From NCBI RefSeq assembly GCF_001194135.2, contig NC_068987.1, positions 94,042,493-94,078,424 of the forward strand: a stretch of 35,932 nucleotides of DNA, written 5' to 3'. How positions within the stretch are numbered: the stretch's first letter is position 1; the number at the start of each line of letters is the position of its first letter. A model generated the notes under the pieces. It made no database searches. It saw only the letters and a program-made list of their open reading frames with translations, and was not told the origin of the DNA. Shown here in pieces: positions 1-11,581 of this stretch. Origin of the DNA: Octopus bimaculoides. Taxonomy: Eukaryota. Made by a program: the position numbers and the translations under genes.

Positions 1-172
1 GGTATTTTGCCCGTCGCTACGTTCTGAGTTCAAATTCCGCCGACGTCGACTTTGCTTCCATCCTTTCGGGTCGATAAAGTAAATACCAATCAAATACTGG
101 GGTCGATGCGATCGACTTGTCCCCTTCCCACAAATTTCAGGCCTTGTGCCTATAACAGAAAGGATTATTATT
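1..172 (+). mobile_element. SINE family A copy (tRNA-derived, Octopus-type), 5' end cut by window edge
   Basis: GTTCTGAGTTCAAATTCCGCCGA (B-box-like GTTCAAATTCC), GTCGACTTTGC, GGGGTCGAT-GCG-ATCGAC hairpin, ends in ATTATT tail; matches the copies at 17645-17880, 751-974 and 25217-25399. Confidence 0.85.

Positions 173-242
<70 letters not shown>
164..242. repeat. Compound trinucleotide microsatellite (ATT)n(ATC)n(AGT)n
   Basis: Read directly; continuous with the SINE tail. Confidence 0.95.
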
Positions 243-494
243 AATGTCCTTCAGGTTTCCAGACAGCGAAGCTCGATCTGAGTGAAGTTTTTTCTATGTC
301 AACCAAGTGGATCGAACCTGCAGACAGTGTTTCATTGTAGATCTTCCTTATTTCTGAACCGTTTGAAGTTGTATATAAATCCGTTTTTGAACAATTCCAC
401 TAGGAAAGAAGTTTTTTTTATGAAAAGTTGCTAAACCATCGCTCAACTCATTCTCTCATCCCGGATAAAGTGGCTCCGTTTGTGAGCTTTCTAC

Positions 495-566
<72 letters not shown>

Positions 567-594
567 AAAAGAAAGAAAGAAAGAAAGAAAGAAA

Positions 595-648
<54 letters not shown>

Positions 649-660
649 AAAAAGAAAGAA
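495..660. repeat. Compound microsatellite (GA)n(GACA)n(GAAA)n
   Basis: Read directly. Confidence 0.97.
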
Positions 661-750
661 CTGCGTCCAGTGCATGACTGTTATTATTTCTTCAACGCCA
701 GAAAGGTGAAAGGATAAATTTAGCTCGACGTGATTTAGCAAACTGGAATA

Positions 751-974
751 AATATTGATTTCAAATTTTGCTACAAGGCCAGCAATTTCGGGGGTGGGTG
801 GAGCAAGTTGATTACATCGACCCCAGTGTAAAACTGGTACTTATTTTATCGAAACTGAAAGGATAAAAAGCAAAGTCAACCTCGACGGTATTTGAACACA
901 GAACGTAAAGACGGTAGAAATACTGTTAAGCGTTTTGTCCGGCGTGCTTAACGATATCCTCAGCTCACCGCCTT
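751..974 (-). mobile_element. SINE family A copy, near full length, diverged
   Basis: Reverse complement gives AAGGCGGTGAGCTG head, GTTCTGTGTTCAAATACC B-box region, GGGGTCGATGTAATCAAC hairpin and GGCCTTGTAGCAAAATTTGAAATCAATATT tail. A further short degenerate fragment lies at about 695-745. Confidence 0.85.
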
Positions 975-1752
975 TTTGTATCGACGCACTGACTCCTTCG
1001 ACATATTTCTCCTTTCTTGAGAATATTTACAGTTAAATGGTGAAACTTATAACTGAGTCTTTTGCGGTCAAAAACAAACCACCAGAGCATTCCAGAAACC
1101 TTCAATATTGAATAACTGACACATAATCGGAATTGGTGGGTTATTTTAAGATCTAATGCAAATGAAACTCTTGTTAATTTGACGATGTTGGGTCTGTCAT
1201 AGCTGTTGGTTGAAATGAAAGCTCATTCCATTCTGCGATGACAACCATATGTTCCTCTAGTGAAGAACTAAAATATATCATTCATTGCCACAACATAGTG
1301 GTGGAACGACTAGATACAACTGACCATTACTGGCCACAGAATTATCAGAGGAGATAAGCTTGCAAGTTCTGGAAGGGTGAAGACGAAACAGACCGTATCA
1401 CTCTTCAACATTTTTCTATTAAAAATATACTAAACAAAATATATAAATTATGGATGGCATAAATTTCAGTTGAAAAAGCGAAAATTTTAATGGAGAAGAA
1501 CACTGAAAATGACTGGCTTTAGTAGTTTTTCTGAACGAGATACGGACATGAAGGAATATAGCTTCAATCAAGCGACTGATAGTGTTTTGTCGATTTGATT
1601 TGCTTCATTATATAACAACGATTCACATTCATATCGAGTGACAATGAATAATTTAATGCTATTCACAACAATGGCCATATATCTGTTTAGTGCGAGCCCC
1701 GTGAGTCAGCATGTCTATTCCTGCGCATCTCCCTCTGGGACCATCGCCTTTT

Positions 1753-1928
1753 CTATTTTGTCTGCTGATGCCATGAGTGGGGTCTGACAAGCCCTTTTGG
1801 ATGCTGTGAGGAAGAGAAATTAAAATAAACACAAAAATAAGGAGATAAGGCTCAACGTTTATTCGAACCTTCTGACACATTTGACTCATCAGATAGTTTT
1901 CCGATAGTTTATCGCTCTTCACCTCTGC
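1753..1928 (-). other. Candidate exon(s), unassigned
   Basis: Two good minus-strand acceptors (TTTGTTTTCCCTTCAACCAG before 1928; TTTTAATTTCTCTTCCTCACAG before 1803). Open frames AEVKSDKLSENYLMSQMCQK and HPKGLVRPHSWHQQTK* or SKRACQTPLMASADKIEKAMVPEGDAQE*. Donors are weak and no homology is established. Confidence 0.15.
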
Positions 1929-2053
1929 CTGGTTGAAGGGAAAACAAACTTTAATGTTATTTACAGTTTTACATCGGGCAAAATAACTCGTCTAAATAAG
2001 TAAACAACATCAGTTCCTCAAAGCAGCGAAAATAGAAACAAAAATTTGCCTCA

Positions 2054-2170
2054 CGCACACACACACACACACACACATACACAAATGAATGTGTACAAGT
2101 GTGTGGGAGAGAAGGGTGGATGGGTGAATGAATGGATGATGAATGGATTCTTGGTGTTTAGATGTCTTGA

Positions 2171-2228
<58 letters not shown>

Positions 2229-2440
2229 CATAGTTGGACGGATAAGAATTGGTGTGTAGTGTAAACATACCGATATATATGCGGGGAATTTTTTAGGAAT
2301 GTCCCGAATGGAGGAGATATGATACTTGAACATACAGACACACGTGTGTGTACGTGTGTATGTGCGTACGTGAGCGCGTGTGTGATTGTACATACATGCA
2401 CACGCATGCACGCACGCACACACACGCGCGACACACGCAT
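2054..2440. repeat. (CA)n, (GA)n and degenerate TG/CA alternating tracts
   Basis: (CA)n about 2054-2082; (GA)n about 2171-2228; TG-rich then CA-rich tract 2341-2440. Confidence 0.9.
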
Positions 2441-2791
2441 TCATTAAGTGAAATCTGAACAGACCGGATATTGTTCTTTGTGTCAAAGAAAACAGAAGAC
2501 GTTAATTACCGAGAAGAGGTAAACAGTTGATATAAAATGGGGAAATGAATGACTGTGGGCAACTTAATTAATGAACAGAAACAGAAGCTTATATGAACAT
2601 CTTGAAAGTCATTAAGCGTGAGATTATTGGGACGACACCGGAGCCTGCTGCAATGGCGGAGGAAAAACTTTTATTACAATGAATTTTGAATTTCACAATG
2701 AAATTGAGTTGGGAGCAAAATAAGTGACAGTCAATCATGCACAACCGCCTTCCTTCAACGCCCCCTTCTTCGAATGGCACATTCTTCCATT

Positions 2792-3006
<215 letters not shown>

Positions 3007-4168
3007 TACTGGCCACTTACAGTGATTGCAACCATTGATGTTAAAGCCGAAGGACTAAACGGTCAGCCCATAAACCGGGTGAAAAATTGCACTTGGATCT
3101 AGTCAGACATTTTGGCCTAACATGGACCAATCCCGAGGTTCGTGGTTGTTCCGCTTATTTGGCGGAAATCATCTGAGAAGGCAAAGCAATATGGAATAAG
3201 CAAGGTTCCAATAAAATGCAGAAACGAAGACTTCTTGGGATCAAGTGTGGTGCAGTTGTTAAAATTGTTTCTGTGGGCAGTGAAGCCATGAGCATTATGT
3301 AGAAGGACGGTGTAGACGATTTTACATCAACAATGAAGAAGAATTCAAAGAAGAGAGAGAAAAGAAGGAAAAAGAGTGGAAAAAGCGCAGAGATTGGTGA
3401 TTGCGATAGGAGAGGCAGAATAATATCAAGAAACACAGAAGCAACCAGACTTAATTAAAGATAAATTCGATTAAACATATCTAATGAAATAATCATAATA
3501 TTAATTAGTAATTATGGGGCGAAAAATAAGGATGGCAGCAATGAAATAATGATTTACGTAGCTCTAAGTTGATATTTATTTCTAAGAAGGTACGCCACAA
3601 TAAGTGTGGTAGCTTCTGTGATATCCTCTCATTGACCGTCTACTCGGTAGCCTCCGCGTTTCGATAATCCGCGCAGACAAACTAGCGACGTTGCTTTTAT
3701 GGTTGTGTTGGTGGTGGTAGGTGCGGCTAACTCCAGTTCAGCCTTGAATTGGTGAATCTAATGTGAAAGCCATTCCAGGCATCAACATACCATCGTTGTT
3801 TTTCATTTTTACGTCGGCAAAGACCTTGAAGAATATTTGGCTGCAATTCCGAAGAGGCCGAGAGTCTGCATAGAGGAAAGCTTCCCTTTCTTTCCATCTC
3901 TCGCTCTCTCGCTCTTTTGCTCTTTATCTGTGTGTCTATCTGTTTCTCCCAACCCCTCTCTCTCTCATTGGCTAATTACGTGCGTATACATTTCCTGGTT
4001 TTTTTTTTAAGTTAACGTTTCATTCAGGTCTATGGTAAGTCTGTCAGTCGCTTGACAATGACGTTAAGAAAGACTGGTACGAGACGACGGCATCGATCTT
4101 TGTCATAGGTTAAAGCATTCAAATTCTCTTTTATTGACGAGTGCCAGTTCAGAGACAAGAACAGGCTG

Positions 4169-4230
4169 GAAGAGAAGAAAGAAAGGAAGGAAGAAAGAAG
4201 GAAAGAAAGAAAGAAAGGAAGAAAGAAAGG
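4169..4230. repeat. Degenerate (GAAA)n
   Basis: Read directly. Confidence 0.9.
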
Positions 4231-4670
4231 GAACTGACTAATTCTAGCGTTTAGGGCCAGGCCTCTCATTGCCGTGGTTTTGTTTTGTTAAGCAGCACGA
4301 GATATTCTTTACAAACAGCTTACAGTTTTTAGCCTTTGACAAATGACAAATTGTTTATTTACAAAAGCCTAAGGGGAGTTAACTTGAGCAGTTGAAACAG
4401 TATATGGCTGTGATTGAGTTTCTTAGTCTGTTTGTATAAAAGTGTGTGTGTGTGTGTGTGTGTGTGGTTTTAGAATGTGATCACGAGTGTGTATATGCGT
4501 GAGTTCGATATTGTGATACTTTGGTAAACGTGTAATGGAGTCTATTTTGCTTCCTTCAACAGTTTTTTTTTCATGAATGCGCCATACGGAATTACAATGC
4601 AGAGAAATATTGCCATACTTTTTCTAGACCCCACACACTCGCGCACACACACAAGTTCATATGGCATTGG

Positions 4671-4705
<35 letters not shown>

Positions 4706-4747
4706 CATACATATATATATATGTATATATATACATATGTATATACA

Positions 4748-5599
4748 NNNNNNNNNNNNNNNNNNNNNNNNNNNNNNNNNNNNNNNNNNNNNNNNNNNNN
4801 NNNNNNNNNNNNNNNNNNNNNNNNNNNNNNNNNNNNNNNNNNNNNNNNNNNNNNNNNNNNNNNNNNNNNNNNNNNNNNNNNNNNNNNNNNNNNNNNNNNN
4901 NNNNNNNNNNNNNNNNNNNNNNNNNNNNNNNNNNNNNNNNNNNNNNNNNNNNNNNNNNNNNNNNNNNNNNNNNNNNNNNNNNNNNNNNNNNNNNNNNNNN
5001 NNNNNNNNNNNNNNNNNNNNNNNNNNNNNNNNNNNNNNNNNNNNNNNNNNNNNNNNNNNNNNNNNNNNNNNNNNNNNNNNNNNNNNNNNNNNNNNNNNNN
5101 NNNNNNNNNNNNNNNNNNNNNNNNNNNNNNNNNNNNNNNNNNNNNNNNNNNNNNNNNNNNNNNNNNNNNNNNNNNNNNNNNNNNNNNNNNNNNNNNNNNN
5201 NNNNNNNNNNNNNNNNNNNNNNNNNNNNNNNNNNNNNNNNNNNNNNNNNNNNNNNNNNNNNNNNNNNNNNNNNNNNNNNNNNNNNNNNNNNNNNNNNNNN
5301 NNNNNNNNNNNNNNNNNNNNNNNNNNNNNNNNNNNNNNNNNNNNNNNNNNNNNNNNNNNNNNNNNNNNNNNNNNNNNNNNNNNNNNNNNNNNNNNNNNNN
5401 NNNNNNNNNNNNNNNNNNNNNNNNNNNNNNNNNNNNNNNNNNNNNNNNNNNNNNNNNNNNNNNNNNNNNNNNNNNNNNNNNNNNNNNNNNNNNNNNNNNN
5501 NNNNNNNNNNNNNNNNNNNNNNNNNNNNNNNNNNNNNNNNNNNNNNNNNNNNNNNNNNNNNNNNNNNNNNNNNNNNNNNNNNNNNNNNNNNNNNNNNNN
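4748..5599. other. Assembly gap (852 N), preceded by (TA)n
   Basis: N run. The other gaps are 9994-10856, 11036-11045, 11636-12032, 21306-21435, 22312-22455, 25842-25970, 27680-28181, 30568-30688, 32077-32722 and 34078-34352. Confidence 1.
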
Positions 5600-5744
5600 G
5601 GGAGAATTCCACTCAGTTATTTGAAAATACAGGAAGGTGGGTATATACACACGTACGCACAAATATATATATATTTATATATATATATCCATATATACGC
5701 ATGTATGTGTTTTTGTGTGTCTGTATGTGAGTATATGTGAAATT

Positions 5745-5777
5745 GATAGATAGATAGACAGACAAACAGACAGATAG

Positions 5778-5831
<54 letters not shown>

Positions 5832-5863
5832 ACTGACCGACCGACCGACAGACAGACGGACAA

Positions 5864-5898
<35 letters not shown>

Positions 5899-5928
5899 GG
5901 CAGACAGACAAGCAGATAGATAGACAGA
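5745..5928. repeat. Compound microsatellite GATA/GACA/GA/GACT/GACC
   Basis: Read directly. Confidence 0.95.
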
Positions 5929-7028
5929 TTAATGGATATGAGCCAGAGCGGATGAATGAGGGCTATCCTTAATATACAAAATCTATTCAATCATAATAAG
6001 TTAATGGTGTTTGAAAAGGAAAGCTTACAAAATATCCTGAACCAAATACTTTATGCCCAACAAACGTTGTACAATGGCGCTCCATCTTAAATGTAATTAT
6101 TGTTTTCCTTCTTTGAAACAATTCATCCATGCATTGATGTATGCGTAAGAAACCATGTATAGATATCAATATTTATAACTATAGGATGGAGCAGATCGAT
6201 TCGCAGAAACTGGTGATTACAAAAGTATGTTGCTTGAGGTGTTTTCACATCAGAAGAACACTTTGTCAATTTTATGTCTGAAGAATGTGACAGCATGGTC
6301 ACGGCTGGAATGGATTTGGTCACCAAATCAAGACCAAAGCTGAACTAAATAAGAATAACTAACGAGCGGTAAAATAAATGGTTAAAAATGCCTTTGACTA
6401 TAGATTTGCTTAGTCTGAGATTGCCTGACGCTATACAACAACAGCAACAGGCTTCCCAAATGTAGATAAAATGTGTAACAGATTTTGTAGTCGAAACAGG
6501 ACACGGTATATTGAAGTTTTTCCTTCCAAAGTAAAGGTTCAGTATTTATGTGGAAGACAATTGGCTGTAGGTAATATTTAGGTGTAACTCCAAGAAAGCT
6601 CCGAACATTGGTGTCTATCATCAAACATTATAGAAGAAAATATCTCAGCTTTATTTTCAGACGTTTATGTAGTGCTTCGGAAATGCATATATTAAAAGAC
6701 AAAAGTAAAACTAACAAAAACGAATTCCCAGATATTTACCCCTGACTACAATATACAATGTGTCCTATTTTTCAAGTCACTATTTTGCGCTTTTGGCTTT
6801 TATTTCTGCACGGTTTCCCGACCGTATACAGGTATACATGCCAATAAAGATGTCTGTTATCAATTCATCGTAGCAGAGTTAGTGCTTCTGCTGTCTTTGT
6901 GTTATCGTTGCCGAGTTCCAGACCAACCTTTGTTGGGCGGATTCAGAAAGAATTCATCGATTTTAAAGAAAGCAGAAGGGTTTAGGAATTTCAAGGATGT
7001 TTCAGTGTTGTTTTTAGCAGGTTGTAGT

Positions 7029-7350
7029 GAAGGCGCGTGACTTAGGAGTTAAGGTACTCGGCTCACGATCCTACGGTTGTGAGTTCAATTCCGGACAGTG
7101 CGTTGTGTCCTTGAGCAAGACACTTTAATCCACACTGTTGCCGTTCACTCAGCTGGCAAAAATGAGGTGTACCTGTAATTCAAACGGTCAACTTTGACAC
7201 ATGCTGTGTCATGCTGAATCTCCATCAGAACTGCGTGAAAGATATTCGTGTCTGTTGAGTGTTCAGCCACTTGCTCGTTATTTTCACGAACAAGCTGTTC
7301 CATTGAGCGGATCAACTGGAATACTCGTCGTCGTAACTGACGGAGCGCCA
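7029..7350 (+). mobile_element. SINE family B, full length (tRNA-like head, GTGTCCTTGAGCAAGACACT core)
   Basis: Head GAAGGCGCGTGACTTAGGAGTTAAGG; B-box GAGTTCAATTCC at 7081-7092; tail GGATCAACTGGAATACTCGTCGTCGTAACTGACGGAG. Collinear with the reverse complements of 13211-13515 and 18776-19100. Confidence 0.85.
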
Positions 7351-8302
7351 TTTAGAGATTCTCATGTAGGATCCACGTCTGTTGCCTGAAGCCGCGCAAC
7401 TTTTGAAAATGAAAGGACACGTACACGCACGCTCTCTCTCTCTCTCTCTCTTTCTCTCTCATTTGCTTTTTCTGTTCTTTTGCTTTCTGAGTTTTTGGGG
7501 AGGGGCATAGGCCATTTCCTATGAGGGACCTTCAGAGCGATGGAACCACTGGATTCCACACCTGCATTATAAGGAAGGACTTACAAAGGTTCGATGTTTT
7601 GGGAGCGAAAAACTAGATATAGTCATCGGTTTAGGGTTTGTGGGTTTGAGGAGTTAAGAGGAAAGGTTTGCGCAAGCTGGAAACATCTGAGGCGGAGATG
7701 ACAGGAACACGATTTCAATTCCAAACTGGTTGATATATAAAGTAACAACTATTATTGGGACCAATAAAATTGGGGAATTTTGCCTTTGCGATGACTGGAT
7801 GCATTTGTATTGGTCTATAATCGGTTGGTAGATGTATTGCTACAAAATTGATTTCTTTTTTTTTATAAGCATTGAGTTGTTGCTTCTCTATCTATTGTTA
7901 TTCAATCGATCATTATCTGCATTGTTATCAATAGATTGCTAAAATACTATTTGTATTAACAGACAGTAATCTGAATTGTCATCCAATGGCTTGCTACATG
8001 TAATTGTTCAATCAGTTACCATCCATATTACTCTACAACAAATTGATATTTGTATCTTGGTTCCAATACTTGCTGTTTCTATATATTCTATCGATTGCTT
8101 CTTCGATTGTCAAAGAATCGGTTCTTCTTATTTCAGATTTCGATACAGAACTTTGACTTTTATGAAAATATGTTATTGATACGAGACCCTGTAATATATT
8201 CAAATCGATTCAAAAAAAAAAACATTCAAAATAAAGAAAAGAAGAAAATAATTTAAACGAACAGAAATATAGTGATTGGTCGAAAGAATTCTAAAATATA
8301 AA

Positions 8303-8380
<78 letters not shown>

Positions 8381-8798
8381 TAGCGTGTTCTTTCGTAATG
8401 GTAAGATCAGCAAAAAGTACTCCATCTGATGAGAGATAAATATTATTTAATAAACACAATACATGATTTTTTATGTGCCTTAAGAGTTTCATATGTTGAA
8501 AAATACCACAACATAATCATTAGGCAAACCTGATCGCTTATCCCGGGATTCGATTTCAAATGCCCACTACACAAGCGTGTTTGAGTGAATGCGTATGTAT
8601 GAATTTAAGTATGTATGCCTATAAATATATGTGTGAATGTATGTATTTATGTATGAATGCATATATGCATGTACGGTATGTATGTATGCATGCATGTATG
8701 CGAATATATATATATGCATGTATCAAATACCTTTAACAGCATATTAAATACCTTGTAAATTAGATTCTCGAATATATTTATATAATTTCTGTTTTCAG

Positions 8799-8941
8799 AG
8801 AAAATAGAGCGTTTCCTTGGTGACAATTGGGCGCAACCACGAGCGAGAAAGGACAACATACGCAGGGCGCTAGAGTTCTTGACGATTCACTTAACATTAA
8901 AGACTACCTGTCCCGTGACAAGAGATCTGCAGCGGCCACAA
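8799..8941 (+). other. Candidate internal exon, unassigned
   Basis: Strong acceptor ATAATTTCTGTTTTCAG; locally GC/CpG-richer than flanks; one frame open (KIERFLGDNWAQPRARKDNIRRALEFLTIHLTLKTTCPVTRDLQRPQ) to a weak donor CAA|GTACAG. No recognised homology. Confidence 0.2.
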
Positions 8942-9104
8942 GTACAGTAGTGGTTCTGTCGAAACGCTCCCCGATTGAGATACTTAGATACATACAAAAA
9001 GACAAAATGACTGCTTTTTGTTATATTCTTCTTGGCTGTTCAAATATATGCCATTCACCTCTCAGTTATTTCGCTTTGCTCATTTACATTTCACTTTTAT
9101 ATAT

Positions 9105-9175
9105 TTGTGTATATGTGTGTGTATGTATGAGTGTGTGTGTGTGTGTGTGTACGTGAGTGTGTGTGTGTGCGGGCA

Positions 9176-9247
<72 letters not shown>
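9105..9247. repeat. (TG)n microsatellite
   Basis: Read directly. Confidence 0.97.
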
Positions 9248-9253
<6 letters not shown>

Positions 9254-9489
9254 TGTTCGAGTGCACGCGCACGTTTGTTTATCAAAAGATATCAAAGATT
9301 GTGGTGAGTCTTTATCCTCACTGAACCTAAACTTATCCAGGCTTTCGACGCGTATAAGCGATAGAGTGCGCTTTGCTGGACATGATACTTGTCCATAGGA
9401 AGGTTGCTATACTCCAAATTCTGCTGTCCTAGTTCTTATTTTCAGCTGCGGGCACTGACGTCCATGGGACCATGGTCAAAGTCACAAAA

Positions 9490-9555
9490 CGGTGCTCGAG
9501 GCACGAGTCGAGCTTGTGACCTTACGCTCATGAGACCAACACCTTAAACACAGTC
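9490..9555 (-). mobile_element. Degenerate tRNA-like SINE head fragment
   Basis: GAGTCGAGCTTGTGACCTTACGCTCATGAGACCAACACCTTAAACAC resembles the minus-strand head of family B (GAATTGAACTCACAGTGTTACGATCTTGAGCCGAACGCGCTAACCAC). Confidence 0.45.
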
Positions 9556-9569
9556 TCCCTGCCTTCATG

Positions 9570-9646
9570 CACGCAAACATACTTCACACACATGTAAGAG
9601 TGTATGTATATATATATGTATGTATGTATGTATGCATCTATGTATG

Positions 9647-9678
<32 letters not shown>

Positions 9679-9993
9679 ATTGCATGATTGTGTCTATGTA
9701 TGTATCTATGTGTATTTGGAAGTGTGTTTGTGTGTGTGTGTGTGCATGTGTGTGTGTGTGTGTGTGTGAAAATACTAGCATGCTTATATGCAGTTGTGCG
9801 TATTTGTGCTACTGTTTGTGTGTGTGCATGAATGCGCCTATTTGTATGTGTGCGTGTCTGTCTGTCTGTCTGTAAGTGTATGTGCGTTTGTATCTGTGTG
9901 TGTGTCTGCATGCGTATTTGTATTTGCATACACAAGTGTCTGTGCGTGTATATGTGTTTGTATATGCGCCTTTGTGTGTGTGTGTGTGTGTGT
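9570..9993. repeat. Degenerate TA/TATG/TG low-complexity tract running into a gap
   Basis: Read directly. Confidence 0.92.
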
Positions 9994-10914
9994 NNNNNNN
10001 NNNNNNNNNNNNNNNNNNNNNNNNNNNNNNNNNNNNNNNNNNNNNNNNNNNNNNNNNNNNNNNNNNNNNNNNNNNNNNNNNNNNNNNNNNNNNNNNNNNN
10101 NNNNNNNNNNNNNNNNNNNNNNNNNNNNNNNNNNNNNNNNNNNNNNNNNNNNNNNNNNNNNNNNNNNNNNNNNNNNNNNNNNNNNNNNNNNNNNNNNNNN
10201 NNNNNNNNNNNNNNNNNNNNNNNNNNNNNNNNNNNNNNNNNNNNNNNNNNNNNNNNNNNNNNNNNNNNNNNNNNNNNNNNNNNNNNNNNNNNNNNNNNNN
10301 NNNNNNNNNNNNNNNNNNNNNNNNNNNNNNNNNNNNNNNNNNNNNNNNNNNNNNNNNNNNNNNNNNNNNNNNNNNNNNNNNNNNNNNNNNNNNNNNNNNN
10401 NNNNNNNNNNNNNNNNNNNNNNNNNNNNNNNNNNNNNNNNNNNNNNNNNNNNNNNNNNNNNNNNNNNNNNNNNNNNNNNNNNNNNNNNNNNNNNNNNNNN
10501 NNNNNNNNNNNNNNNNNNNNNNNNNNNNNNNNNNNNNNNNNNNNNNNNNNNNNNNNNNNNNNNNNNNNNNNNNNNNNNNNNNNNNNNNNNNNNNNNNNNN
10601 NNNNNNNNNNNNNNNNNNNNNNNNNNNNNNNNNNNNNNNNNNNNNNNNNNNNNNNNNNNNNNNNNNNNNNNNNNNNNNNNNNNNNNNNNNNNNNNNNNNN
10701 NNNNNNNNNNNNNNNNNNNNNNNNNNNNNNNNNNNNNNNNNNNNNNNNNNNNNNNNNNNNNNNNNNNNNNNNNNNNNNNNNNNNNNNNNNNNNNNNNNNN
10801 NNNNNNNNNNNNNNNNNNNNNNNNNNNNNNNNNNNNNNNNNNNNNNNNNNNNNNNNAATAGCAACTAAATTTCCTTAATCCGACTGTTTTCAAGCAGAGC
10901 AGAAGAGAGAGAGA

Positions 10915-11035
10915 GAGAGAAACAGAGAGAGGAGTGAGAGAAACAGAGAGAGGAGTGAGAGAAACAGAGAGAACAGTGAGAGAAACAGAGAGAGCAGTGA
11001 GAGAAACAGAGAGAGGAGTGAGAGAAACAGAGAGA
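10915..11035. repeat. 21-bp minisatellite, about 5.8 copies of GAGAGAAACAGAGAGA(G/A)(G/C)AGT
   Basis: 21-nt period; the reverse ORF shows SLCFSH(S/C) repeated. Confidence 0.92.
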
Positions 11036-11045
11036 NNNNNNNNNN

Positions 11046-11090
<45 letters not shown>

Positions 11091-11532
11091 ATGAGGATGC
11101 ATTCGATTATTTTATACTGGACGGCGGAGTTAGTGGAGCGTGAGATAAGATGCTCTGCAGTATTTGCTCTCTCTCTCACTCTGCCGTGGTGAACTTAGCC
11201 ATTCATCCTTTAAGTACCAATAAATAATAGTTGAGAGTTTGGATAGAATTGGCTGAATTGTTACGGTTGGGTTCCTTGTAGTGTTTTTTTAAAGGACTTC
11301 ATAGCTTAACAGTTGTGTCTGCCTCGGCACCGGTGCCAACCATTCTTCGCTCTTCTCTTGAAACTATATTTGGTGATGTGGAGAGGAGCGGACTGAAGGC
11401 AGAGACAACTACTTGTCTCCCATGAAAAGAAATGTTGTCCAAGCCCAAACCTTAAAGGGGAATTCACCTCCCTTGGAGGTCCATAAGCACGCGATGCATA
11501 CAAGAGTCATATATATATAGAAAGAGACAGAA

Positions 11533-11581
<49 letters not shown>

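Noticed and set aside
1753-1803. RPHSWH peptide, recalling a motif in vertebrate Shroom proteins
   Set aside because: A stop follows five codons later with no donor in between, whereas in Shroom the motif is N-terminal and followed by long coding sequence. A 6-aa match can be chance.
4573-5740. Long ORFs of 295-385 aa here, and similar ones at 9788-10893, 11409-12245, 27493-28263, 31893-32978 and 33564-34512
   Set aside because: They are open only because they run through N-gaps; the flanks are translated microsatellites.
6185-6350. Possible exon MEQIDSQKLVITK|gtatgt and protein-like frames nearby
   Set aside because: Weak acceptor, stops in neighbouring frames and no recognisable family; could be a decayed transposon but is unassignable.
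7029-7100. tRNA-like sequences here and at 17645-17735, 19030-19100 and 33250-33321
   Set aside because: They have A/B boxes but no complete cloverleaf, and each continues into a SINE body; these are SINE heads, not tRNA genes.
10915-11035. Regularly spaced repeats suggestive of a CRISPR array
   Set aside because: Contiguous tandem units with no unique spacers, in a eukaryotic context with no cas genes.
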